A stretch of 62,000 nt of DNA from Hyalangium minutum. GTDB taxonomy: Bacteria > Myxococcota > Myxococcia > Myxococcales > Myxococcaceae. A program made the translations under genes and the position numbers. The DNA lies in the NCBI RefSeq assembly GCF_000737315.1, contig NZ_JMCB01000002.1, forward strand, positions 206,001 to 268,000. The letters are read 5' to 3'. The first letter of the stretch is position 1. Each line of letters starts with the position of its first letter. A model generated the notes under the pieces. It did not search any database, was not told where the DNA came from, and saw nothing but the letters and a program-made list of their open reading frames with translations. Shown here one piece after another: positions 27,501-35,385 of the stretch.

Positions 27501-30192
27501 AGGAAATGTAGACCCTACTCCTGTCAGCTACACCTGGGATGTGGACACAGAGGCGCCGGACACTGCAATCGAGCAGAAGCCCTCCAATCCCAGCAACAGC
27601 GCGCGAGCCACGTTCACCTTCAGTGGGCAGGGAGGCGCCGTAGGCTTCGAGTGCAGCTTGGACTCTGCGCAGTTCGCGCCCTGCACAAGTCCCTGGCAGT
27701 CCCCGCTTCTGGCAGAGGGGAATCACACGTTCGCGGTCAGGGCCAAGGATGCCGCAGGCAACATCGATCCTTCACCTGCCACCTATACCTGGCGAGTGGA
27801 TACGCAGCCACCAGACACATCGATTGATCAAAAGCCTCCTAACCCCGATAACAGGACGAGCGCTACGTTCACCTTTGCGTCCAGTGAGGCTGGGAGCAGC
27901 TTCGAATGCAGCCTCGACGATGGGGAGTACGCGAGCTGCACCAGCCCCTTGACCTACTCGGTTCCAGAGGGAAGCCACATCTTTGCGGTGAGGGCCAAGG
28001 ATGCTGCGGGCAATGTGGACGACTCTCCTGCGACTTATACCTGGCGGGTGGACACTGGCGCTCCAGACACGGCGATCGATCAGAAGCCGCCCAATCCCAG
28101 CAACAATGCGAATCCAACCTTCACGTTCACCTCCACGGAGCCCGGCAGCAGCTTCGAGTGCAGCCTGGACTCAGGGCCGTTCGCAGCATGCGCCAGCCCA
28201 GTGGTCTTCCACGTTTCCGAGGGAAGCCACTCGCTCTCTGTGAGGGCCAAGGATGGGGCGGGCAACGTTGACCCTTCTCCTGCCACCTACCCGTGGGTGG
28301 TGGATCTCACTCCGCCAGACACGGCGATTGAGGCGCCGAGACCGCGCAACCCTACCAATGAGACCAGTGCCACCTTTCGCTTTTCGGGTGCTGGAGCGGA
28401 AGGGAAGTACTATTGCAAACTCGATGAGCAGGTGTACGCAGACTGCTCATCGGGCACTATCACCTACGATGCGCTGAGCCAGCGGGTGCACACTTTCTCT
28501 GTGTATGCCAAGGATGCTGCAGGCAATGATGATCTGCAGAACCCAGCCACTTACATCTGGGAGGTCGATACAGAGCCCCCTGAGACAGTGATCGAGGAGG
28601 CAAGCAAGCCGCCCAATCCCACCAGTCTGCTCAGCGCCACGTTCCGCTTCTCGGGAGCTGGACCTGGCGGACACTACCAGTGCTCGCTCGACTCGCAGTC
28701 GTACGTCGGCTGTGACTCGGGAACCATCACCTTCTCGCCGTTGAGCAATGGTGAGCATTATTTCAAGGTCTTTGCGATTGATGCCGCAGGGAATGCAGAT
28801 GCGAGCCCCGCAGAGTACCGGTGGGTGGTGGACTCGAGCCCGCCTGAGACCGTCATTCTGGAAGTCACGGAGGCGGGTGGCATTGCTGCGAGGAACCCCA
28901 CCAACTCAAGGAGTATGAAGTTCCGCTTCTCGGGAGCGGATGCACCCGGAGGATATCGGTGCCGCCTCGAGTCTCCCACCTCTCCAGGAAACTTCAGCCC
29001 CTGCGGTACAAGATTGGGTACCGGCACTGGGACTGCTGGCATCGAGGAGTATGTGAACTTGGGTGCCGGCCGCCATGTCTTCTCTGTCTATGCAGTCGAT
29101 GCCGCAGGCAATGAGGACCCGAGTGCTGCTACCTATGAGTGGGTGGTGGATCTTCAGCCTCCCGTCACCACCATCACGAATCCAGCGACCAACGCTGCGA
29201 AGCTCTGGCGTACCAATCAGACATCACCTGTCTTCAGGGGTACCTCCGAAATGGGGAGCAGGGTGGTGCTGCAGATCGACGGACTGGGCACGGATACTCA
29301 ACAAATGGGGAGCAGCGGGAATTGGGAACTGACTACCCGACATGTCTTGGCAGAGGGTAAGCACGTCGTGCGTGTGGTCGAAGCGACCGATGCGGTCGGC
29401 AATACGTGGACTCCGTCGAGCACTTCGCCACTGCCTAGCGACTCGGCATTCGAGTTCTGGGTGGATACGACTCCGCCGCAGACCGCGATTACTCAGAAAC
29501 CTCCCGAGATTCACAATTCCATCAGTGTTCTTTTCAATTTCAGTGACCCAACCGAGGAGGACGGGTTGAGTACAACGTTTGAGTGCAAGGTCGTCGCTCA
29601 GCACCTTGAGAAAGAGTTTGAGAGCCCTTGCCTTGGCGAGCAGCCTTACAACCTCGCGAACATCTTCGAGATCGCGAACGACAACATCAAAGCTGTGAAT
29701 GGGACGTATACCATCTTCGTAGCCGCGAGAGATGAAGCGGGAAATCTGGACGAGACTCCTGCTTCCTATGCGTTCACTGTCATTGTTGAGCCGCCTGATG
29801 CTCCTCAGATCAAGAAGCCAGCCAATGGCGATGAAATCTACGACCTGAACCCCAGTGTCTCGGGGAACACCATCCCGAATGGAAGCGTGGAGTTTTTCCT
29901 GGATGGCAAGAGCATGGGGTCCAAGAAGGCGGATGCGGCAGGAGTGTTCACGTTCCGGTTCGCTGACCCCTTGGAAGAGAGAGCCCACGAGCTGCGAGCC
30001 TCGGTAACGGATCTGGCCAGCAATCCAAGCCCTCAATCGCAGCCGATTACCTTCACAGTGTTCGCGCCCAAACCCGTGGCTGAGGCAATTGGGGGTGGAT
30101 TGGGCTGTGCCGCCTCCACCGCGGAGCCGTGGCTCGTGCTCCTGGGACTCTTCGCGGGAGGAGTCTTGCGCTCACGCCACCGCCGGCGCTGA
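24595..30192 (+). CDS. Large surface adhesin, AgmC-like N-terminus, about 15 Ig-like domains, MYXO-CTERM-type tail
   Basis: Signal peptide; EPDTLGLGTGRDG start resembling AgmC-annotated proteins; Gly-rich region; tandem ~85-aa repeats; C-terminal GGGLGC...hydrophobic helix-RSRHRRR. Confidence 0.88.
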   Translation: MRRSCSLMSLVALVFWASTSAAEPDTLGLGTGRDGALIVTEPRTVINRYAQVTVPLATGDTVLFVSSTEGFAAGDLIMVLQTTGIVPEPAQGAPGPISLSTDPVGRWELARVSFAERQELKLGAPLLYSYAGLVTQVIRIPEYTDVKVVAGASLVAAPWDGSQGGVLAFLAKGLIQNEGTLQASGVGFRGGLVLEEFAGFAGCAALPASVRPGAGRGEGISSLDFGVWATGLENASNGGGGGLCPRAGGGGGGNGAAGGRGGDSLVYGDSARNIGGKGGAGLVYSLTDHLTLGGGGGQGYGGGRHSQGGAGGGAIFVRGYRLAGSGSILADGAAGDDATQGGAGGGGAGGSVYLRFVDSAECGFISASGGNGGSSSAGIAEDGGAGGGGGGGRLLYQAASTGACPMSVEAGLAGGVAGTISGIVTNAQPAASQLVAHRGIITRLETEFEQFANCTLNAPVFTTPVNNGYVNAQLKVTGSVSGYGSNAKVRIYVGSDLAGDATPNSGTWSYTFAVGVLEDARQYTIKAIGVCGSNSEESSNATSINVTVDTAVPQIGWVTRPSDPSPELRPTLSFNTGNQEVSVRYTCTLDGSAGFGCGVGTTGQVVSYTVAGTLLDGSRHTFTVRGTDEADNPTNGSLSYSWTVIYPSDTVIDPPRPPDPTNVTAAAFSFHATKAGATLECRLDESAWAACTSPKSYSALADGRHTFEVKAMLGSIEDTSPASYSWVVDTESPDTRIEQKPNDPTNSTRATFTFSSPEEGCSFECSLNGGVYTSCPSPWTSPELADSRHTLSVRARDAAGNIDPSPATYSWLVDSTPPNTVFDQKPTNPSNVTRPTFAFSASETGSSFVCSLDSAAFTPCTSPVTTPLLAEGSHTFAVKATDALGNTAASATTYTWVVDITPPDTILGDKPTNPSNEPRPRFTFSATETGSTFECRMDQGLYVTCSSPWTAPSLTDGSHTFEVRATDAAGNVDPTPVSYTWDVDTEAPDTAIEQKPSNPSNSARATFTFSGQGGAVGFECSLDSAQFAPCTSPWQSPLLAEGNHTFAVRAKDAAGNIDPSPATYTWRVDTQPPDTSIDQKPPNPDNRTSATFTFASSEAGSSFECSLDDGEYASCTSPLTYSVPEGSHIFAVRAKDAAGNVDDSPATYTWRVDTGAPDTAIDQKPPNPSNNANPTFTFTSTEPGSSFECSLDSGPFAACASPVVFHVSEGSHSLSVRAKDGAGNVDPSPATYPWVVDLTPPDTAIEAPRPRNPTNETSATFRFSGAGAEGKYYCKLDEQVYADCSSGTITYDALSQRVHTFSVYAKDAAGNDDLQNPATYIWEVDTEPPETVIEEASKPPNPTSLLSATFRFSGAGPGGHYQCSLDSQSYVGCDSGTITFSPLSNGEHYFKVFAIDAAGNADASPAEYRWVVDSSPPETVILEVTEAGGIAARNPTNSRSMKFRFSGADAPGGYRCRLESPTSPGNFSPCGTRLGTGTGTAGIEEYVNLGAGRHVFSVYAVDAAGNEDPSAATYEWVVDLQPPVTTITNPATNAAKLWRTNQTSPVFRGTSEMGSRVVLQIDGLGTDTQQMGSSGNWELTTRHVLAEGKHVVRVVEATDAVGNTWTPSSTSPLPSDSAFEFWVDTTPPQTAITQKPPEIHNSISVLFNFSDPTEEDGLSTTFECKVVAQHLEKEFESPCLGEQPYNLANIFEIANDNIKAVNGTYTIFVAARDEAGNLDETPASYAFTVIVEPPDAPQIKKPANGDEIYDLNPSVSGNTIPNGSVEFFLDGKSMGSKKADAAGVFTFRFADPLEERAHELRASVTDLASNPSPQSQPITFTVFAPKPVAEAIGGGLGCAASTAEPWLVLLGLFAGGVLRSRHRRR
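26239..29151 (+). repeat. Eleven tandem Cys-containing Ig-like repeats (about 250-280 bp each)
   Basis: Consensus DTxIxQKPxNPxN..ATFxF...FECSLD...CxSP...GSHTFxVRAKDAAGNxDxSPATYxWxVD. Nucleotide similarity between copies is visible but degenerate. Confidence 0.92.
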
Positions 30193-30213
30193 GCCAGGCG
30201 GAGACACACGGTC

Positions 30214-32001
30214 ATGCATAGTGAGAAGTATCAGCTGATCCAAAAACTCGCGACCGGCGGCATGGCCGAGGTGTTCCTCGCCAAGTCCGCCGGTCCCATG
30301 GGCTTCGAGAAGTCGCTCGTGGTCAAGCGCATCCTGCCGCACCTGGCCACCGAATCCTCCTTCGTGGACATGTTTTTGTCCGAAGCCCGGCTCGCCGCTC
30401 AGCTCAATCACCCGAACATCGTCCAGATCTTCGATTTCGGCGAGGCGGACGGCACCTACTTCATCGCGATGGAGTACATCGATGGGGTCAACCTGAGAGA
30501 GGTCATCCGGCGCGCTGGCGCAGTGGGCCTCGTTCTACCCCTCGCGTTTTGCGCCCGCGTCATCTCCGCCGCCTGCGAAGGGCTCGCCTTTGCCCACGAC
30601 TGCATCGACCCGGCCACGAACCTGCCGATGAACATCATTCACCGCGACATCAGCCCAGACAACATTCTGCTGTCGCGCCAAGGCTCGGTGAAGGTCGTGG
30701 ACTTCGGCATCGCCAAGGCCGCGGGTGTGAGCCCCCACACCCAGACGGGCGTCCTCAAAGGCAAGCTGGCGTACATGCCGCCTGAGCAGCTGCGCAATGA
30801 GCCCTTGGATCGCCGCGCGGATGTCTACGCGTTGGGCATTGTCCTCTACGAGCTGCTCACAGGGTTCAAGCCCTTCAGGGCTTCCTCCGAGGCCGCTCTG
30901 CTCCAGGCCATCCTCTCCGAGCCTGAGGTCCCCGTCGAACAGCGCCGGTCTGATGTGCCAGAAACCCTCCAACGCATCCTCTCTCGGGCCATCTCCAAGG
31001 ATCGCGAGAAGCGCTACCCTGACTGCCCCTCCTTTCAGGCGGATCTGGAGGCGTTCATCGTCGAGTTCATTGTCTCGACCGGTAAACCCATGGGCGCCTC
31101 GCAGATGGCAGGCATCGTCGCCATGATGGCGACCGCCGAGAGTGTATCCCCTTCGCCTCAGAAGACGACGAGTCTCCCCCGGTCTCCTTCCAAGCTCATT
31201 CAGTCCCAGCCGCAGCCCGAGTCTTCCTCGGCCGCTGCAGTGAGGCCTGTCACCGATCTTGCTCCGCTGCAAGAGGTCCTGCAGCCCGAGGTGCACGGGC
31301 CCAGGGATGAGCGGACTACGGTGGCTCGTCCCTCGAGGCTTTCTCCCAAGGTTCCCCATCCGCACGACAAGGAGACGGCCTGGGTCGCGCTCGTGGGCGT
31401 CCTGTTGATCCTGATAGGGGGCGGGTACCTGAGCCGACGGCTTCTCGCGGGGGGCCCACCTCGGGAACCGGTCTCTCTTGCTCCCGCTGGGCCTACCGTT
31501 TCTGTGTCCGTCATGGCTCCGGGAGAGGCTCACGGAGGTGAGGCCCTTCCTGCGACGACTCCGCAAGCGTCAGATGGGGGGACATCTTCGCCAGCGCTGA
31601 AAGACGTCCTGTCCAGCAGCGGCACGGATGAGCACAGCCAATCGATTGCGTCCGCAGGAATGGACGTCTCCCAACCGCCAGGTCCGGTTTTGCGGGATGC
31701 AGGAGTTGCTGCGTCTGGTAGAGGTTCTTCCTCACGGGGGGAGGTCAAGCCTCCTGAGAAGCCTCGCACTCAGGCTGTTGTCGTGGGACAGGGCTCCCTG
31801 GATCTGCTGGTCGTTCCCGAGGCCATGCTGTTCCTCAATGGATGGCAGATGGGGCTGACCCGGAAGGCTTCCTTCCCGCTCGACGCGGGCAAGTACACCT
31901 TGAAGCTCGTCAACTCAAAGCTTCAAAAGAAAGTAGAGCGGGAGATTCTGGTCACCGCAGGCCAGACCACCCAGATCGACATCAATTTGTTGGAACAGTA
32001 A
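30214..32001 (+). CDS. Membrane-anchored Hanks-type Ser/Thr protein kinase with C-terminal PEGA-like domain
   Basis: LATGGMAEVF, VVKRI, HRDISPDN, DFGIAK, YMPPEQ, one TM helix (AWVALVGVLLILIGGGYL), C-terminal GSLDLLVVPEAMLFLNG. Confidence 0.96.
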   Translation: MHSEKYQLIQKLATGGMAEVFLAKSAGPMGFEKSLVVKRILPHLATESSFVDMFLSEARLAAQLNHPNIVQIFDFGEADGTYFIAMEYIDGVNLREVIRRAGAVGLVLPLAFCARVISAACEGLAFAHDCIDPATNLPMNIIHRDISPDNILLSRQGSVKVVDFGIAKAAGVSPHTQTGVLKGKLAYMPPEQLRNEPLDRRADVYALGIVLYELLTGFKPFRASSEAALLQAILSEPEVPVEQRRSDVPETLQRILSRAISKDREKRYPDCPSFQADLEAFIVEFIVSTGKPMGASQMAGIVAMMATAESVSPSPQKTTSLPRSPSKLIQSQPQPESSSAAAVRPVTDLAPLQEVLQPEVHGPRDERTTVARPSRLSPKVPHPHDKETAWVALVGVLLILIGGGYLSRRLLAGGPPREPVSLAPAGPTVSVSVMAPGEAHGGEALPATTPQASDGGTSSPALKDVLSSSGTDEHSQSIASAGMDVSQPPGPVLRDAGVAASGRGSSSRGEVKPPEKPRTQAVVVGQGSLDLLVVPEAMLFLNGWQMGLTRKASFPLDAGKYTLKLVNSKLQKKVEREILVTAGQTTQIDINLLEQ

Positions 32002-32013
32002 GCCGGGCCTGCC

Positions 32014-32211
32014 TCAGGGCTCGTACTTCGGTGTGCTGATGACGACCGCGAACGGGTCCGGCCTCTCTCGCTTCTTCGTGAGGGTCCGGTTCTCCACTGC
32101 GACCTTGTGGTACGGCTCAATGCGCAGCCGCATCCCAAACACCCACCGGTTCTTCTCGGGCTCCGGCGCGGGTTGGCCGAAGGCCATCAGCTTCGTCGAG
32201 GAGTCGCTCAT
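32014..32211 (-). CDS. Small hypothetical protein (65 aa)
   Basis: MSDSSTKLMAFG...; GC3-biased codons on the minus strand; co-oriented with the upstream membrane-protein gene. Confidence 0.5.
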   Translation of the reverse strand: MSDSSTKLMAFGQPAPEPEKNRWVFGMRLRIEPYHKVAVENRTLTKKRERPDPFAVVISTPKYEP

Positions 32212-32310
32212 GGCTGACAACCTAGCACATCTTGAACGAGGATCCTACCCGCAGCGTTGAAAGGCCGCCCACCAGAGCAGGCGGTCTTTCCTGCTGGCAA
32301 AGCCAGAGCG

Positions 32311-32865
32311 CTACGCGCCGACAGCCGCGCCAGACAGAGGCAGAGCCTCGGAGAGGCGGCGCTTGCTCCACTTCACGCCCACCTGGGCCCGGTAGTCCGT
32401 GAACAGCGAGCCGATGATGGTGCTCACCCCCACCGCGACGTGGACGATGGCCGACAGCGGCGAGCGGCGCGCATAGCCAAACACGAAGGGCGAGGCGATG
32501 GCCGCCAGGCCCCACGCGTAGTCGATGAACTCATGCACCTCGATGGGGATGATCTTGCGCAGGCTCAGCCGGTAGTCGGTGAGCAGGGACACGCCCAGGT
32601 CCGCCATGCCCAGGGCCAGCCCCGCCGTGCAGGCCGGCTTGGCCGCGCCCATTGCCACGCCCAGCACCGTCAGGCCGTTGGCGTAGTCCAGCAGTGAGTG
32701 GATGTCCTGCGGAACGAACCGCTTGAAGGGAAGCACTCCGAACAGCGGCTTCGCGGGCGTCCCAGCTTCTGGTCCGCGAGACAGAGACCGGCGCATGGTG
32801 CGTTGCAAGGTGGGAGGAATCAGAGAACGCGCATCACGCGCGATGGGCAGATCGACCTCGGGCAT
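32311..32865 (-). CDS. Integral membrane protein with duplicated H..DY motifs (SPW-repeat-like)
   Basis: IHSLLDY...LLTDY and VHEFIDY...LFTDY repeats flank four hydrophobic helices; GGAGG RBS. Confidence 0.7.
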   Translation of the reverse strand: MPEVDLPIARDARSLIPPTLQRTMRRSLSRGPEAGTPAKPLFGVLPFKRFVPQDIHSLLDYANGLTVLGVAMGAAKPACTAGLALGMADLGVSLLTDYRLSLRKIIPIEVHEFIDYAWGLAAIASPFVFGYARRSPLSAIVHVAVGVSTIIGSLFTDYRAQVGVKWSKRRLSEALPLSGAAVGA

Positions 32866-33074
32866 GAACCACCTCCGTTTGGGTGCGCCAAATGTAGGGA
32901 TGCCTCTTCCCTGAGACGTTCATGAGGGTGAGCCTGCCGGCTCACCGGGCGAGCACGGTGGGCTGGCGGGCAGGGGAGCGCAGGCCTGGGCCCCGACAAC
33001 GGTTCGCGGCATCTCCATCCTTCTGAAGTCAGGGCCTCTGGTGGGCCCTTCGTTCTCTCAAGCGAGGTCAGGTC

Positions 33075-33275
33075 ATGCTCGTTGTCTGGTCCGCACTGTT
33101 GGGCGTCCTCATCTTCATGGGCATCATCGTGGTCACCCTGGTGTTCGGCGCCGCAGCGCACAGGGCTGAAAAGAAGGAACTGCTCCGGTCCGAGACCGAG
33201 CGGCTCGCGGGGCTGGATGGGGATGTCACCGCCGAGACCCCCCATCCCATCCACGATCGCTACGTCGAGGCCTGA
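33075..33275 (+). CDS. Small single-pass membrane protein
   Basis: N-terminal hydrophobic helix followed by a charged tail; 66 aa. Confidence 0.55.
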   Translation: MLVVWSALLGVLIFMGIIVVTLVFGAAAHRAEKKELLRSETERLAGLDGDVTAETPHPIHDRYVEA

Positions 33276-33294
33276 GGCCCCAGGTGGCAGGGCC

Positions 33295-34083
33295 TCACCG
33301 CGGGCGCGAGCTGTAGTAGCGCCGCAGCCAGCGGCTGAGGCCATCCAGGCCCGGGAAGAGGACGCGCTCTGTCACGTTGGCCTGGTCCAGCTTGTCCCGG
33401 ACCTCCCACTTCAGCGAGGCCGGGACGATGAGCCGGTGGACGCCTCGCTTCTGGTTCTCGAGGAAGGCGTCCAGCCGCAGCAGCGGGCCGTTCATCACCG
33501 AGAACAGCGCGAACTGGTTCACGATGCGGTCGTCCAGCGAGGGCGGCTCCAAGAAGAGCACGAAGGGGTGCTTCGTCAGCCGGTCGAACACGGACAGCTC
33601 TCTCGCCACCGACGCGAGCATCTCCGCCGTGAAGACGTCCGCGCCCTCTTCCCGGAGCTGGGCCTGCAAGGGTTTGGGCAGCAGCCGGTTCGTCTGGTGG
33701 TAGTCCACGCACCACACCACCCCGTCCGTGTCGTACAGCTCCGGGTCCTCCGTCAGGAAGTGGAGCGCCACGTAGGGGCTGAACGTCCAGTCCAGAAGCC
33801 GCGTCGGCAGTCCGTGATGCTGCGCCAGCGCCAGCCAGTCCCAGACCGACGCGCAGGGCTGGGTGCCTCCGCGCGCGTACTTGCGAAAGGCGCGCAGCAG
33901 ATCCTTCTCGTGCGCGGCGAAGTCCCCCTCGTGGCGGTTGAGCGAGGTGGAGAGGTCATGCCTCGCGTTCGGTACCCCGCGGAAGGCAAAGCTCGGCCGG
34001 AACCTTCGCAGGCCCTCGTTCCATGAGCCCGCGAAGAGCGCCTCCTGCAGCTCGAGCCAGCTGTTGACGCGTTCCTCTTTCAC
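33295..34083 (-). CDS. FRG domain protein
   Basis: FAFRGV and LALAQHHGLPTRLLDWTFSPYVALHF signature; RIVNQFALF. Confidence 0.93.
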   Translation of the reverse strand: MKEERVNSWLELQEALFAGSWNEGLRRFRPSFAFRGVPNARHDLSTSLNRHEGDFAAHEKDLLRAFRKYARGGTQPCASVWDWLALAQHHGLPTRLLDWTFSPYVALHFLTEDPELYDTDGVVWCVDYHQTNRLLPKPLQAQLREEGADVFTAEMLASVARELSVFDRLTKHPFVLFLEPPSLDDRIVNQFALFSVMNGPLLRLDAFLENQKRGVHRLIVPASLKWEVRDKLDQANVTERVLFPGLDGLSRWLRRYYSSRPR

Positions 34084-34282
34084 ACCCTCCCCAGGTCCGA
34101 AGCTCTCGCTTCAATACTCACTCCCTGGGAGGCTTCACCAGCGCCTAGGTTCACGGGCGTGCACCACCCCACACGCTGCGCCTGCAGAGCGTGTGGCAGC
34201 GCACAGGCGCTTGGGCCTTTCAGGGTCCCTGGGTTCCCTCAAGCCCGAGGGTACGGCTGTTCGCCAGCCCCTTTTCGGGGGC

Positions 34283-34519
34283 TCAGGGCCGGCCTGAGTC
34301 CGCAGGCTGGTTGAAGGCGTAGGAGTCCGCGCCAGGAGCCTTGTCCTCGTGGAACAAGGGGCACTTGGCACAGGTGAAGCTGTCCCAGTCCTCCTTCACG
34401 GCGGCGTCCACGCAGGTGCTGTAGAAGCGGCAGTGGACGTTGCGGTGCTCTTCGATTCGGAACTGGTCGGCCCGCAATGGCAGGCGGAACGCAGTAGGTC
34501 GCGGCTGAGCGCAGGGCAT
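34283..34519 (-). CDS. Small Cys-rich putative metal-binding protein
   Basis: HCRFYSTC...WDSFTCAKC (C-x5-C-x13-C-x2-C); a hairpin overlaps its stop codon. Confidence 0.65.
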   Translation of the reverse strand: MPCAQPRPTAFRLPLRADQFRIEEHRNVHCRFYSTCVDAAVKEDWDSFTCAKCPLFHEDKAPGADSYAFNQPADSGRP

Positions 34520-34649
34520 GGTGAGTCACTCGTGGTTAGGTAGGCCCCCTCGTTTCACACGGACCAACGGCCGGTGCGTCGCGTCATTCCCGAGGAGGGG
34601 TGTCTTCCTCAACTGAATAACGCCGCCCATCCTTCCTGGCAGAGAGCGC

Positions 34650-35261
34650 TCAGGATCGGCGCCTGGCTCCCGCTTGCCGCGCCGCCTCCACGAACACCTC
34701 GTACGGCTGGCAGCCCACCACTCGGACGTTCCCGATGAAGAAGGTGGGGATGCCGCTCACTCCCGCAGCGCGGCCCTCGGCCTGCAGTTCATCCACCCGC
34801 GACTGATACTCAGGCGCATCCATGGCGGCGCTCGCCTGCTCGGCGGGCAGGCCTACCTGCTCGGCCAGCCGCGTCAGCACCTGCGGGTCTTCGAGGTCCG
34901 CGCCTTGCCGCCAGTACGCCTCCATGGCCGCATCGCGGAACTCCAGCAGCTTGCCGTGGGTTCGTGCCCACTCGGCCAGCGCGAGCGCCCGCCGGGTGTT
35001 GTTCAGCCGCAGGGGCAGCCGGATGCCGGTCACGCCAAAGCGCTGGGCGACTTGCGCCGCATGGGCTCGCATGCCCGCAGCGCGGCCCGGAAAGAGCTGT
35101 TCCATGTCGACACCCCCCCGAGGTGTCCGCGGGTTGAGCTCGAAACCCCGCCAATCCAGCTCTACGTCGTACTCTGTCTGCAGCCTGGCCAGGCTGCTCT
35201 GCTCCGCGATGAAGCAGAAGGGGCAAACGAAGTCCGAATACAGCCGGATGAGTGTGGCCAT
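34650..35261 (-). CDS. DsbA/FrnE-family oxidoreductase
   Basis: YSDFVCPFCF thioredoxin-fold CxxC and GVSGIPTFFI cis-Pro loop. Confidence 0.92.
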   Translation of the reverse strand: MATLIRLYSDFVCPFCFIAEQSSLARLQTEYDVELDWRGFELNPRTPRGGVDMEQLFPGRAAGMRAHAAQVAQRFGVTGIRLPLRLNNTRRALALAEWARTHGKLLEFRDAAMEAYWRQGADLEDPQVLTRLAEQVGLPAEQASAAMDAPEYQSRVDELQAEGRAAGVSGIPTFFIGNVRVVGCQPYEVFVEAARQAGARRRS

Positions 35262-35385
35262 GGTGCCCTCCTCGATAGGTTGTCTCTTACTTTCGCCGTA
35301 TGGGCCCTGCCAATCCCGCTCCCAGAGCGGCCGGGCAAGACGTTCATTCCTTCACCCGGACCGCACTTTCCCTGAAGATGCGCCC

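Noticed and set aside
26239-29151. Regularly spaced repeats that could suggest a CRISPR or other non-coding array
   Set aside because: Units are about 250-280 bp, in frame, degenerate and protein-coding (Ig-like domains); there are no short identical repeats with unique spacers and no cas genes.
22770-30192. Calling this pair the canonical traAB locus
   Set aside because: The partner lacks TraA features (PA14-like variable domain, Cys-rich repeats) and the gene order is reversed; only the architecture is TraB-like.
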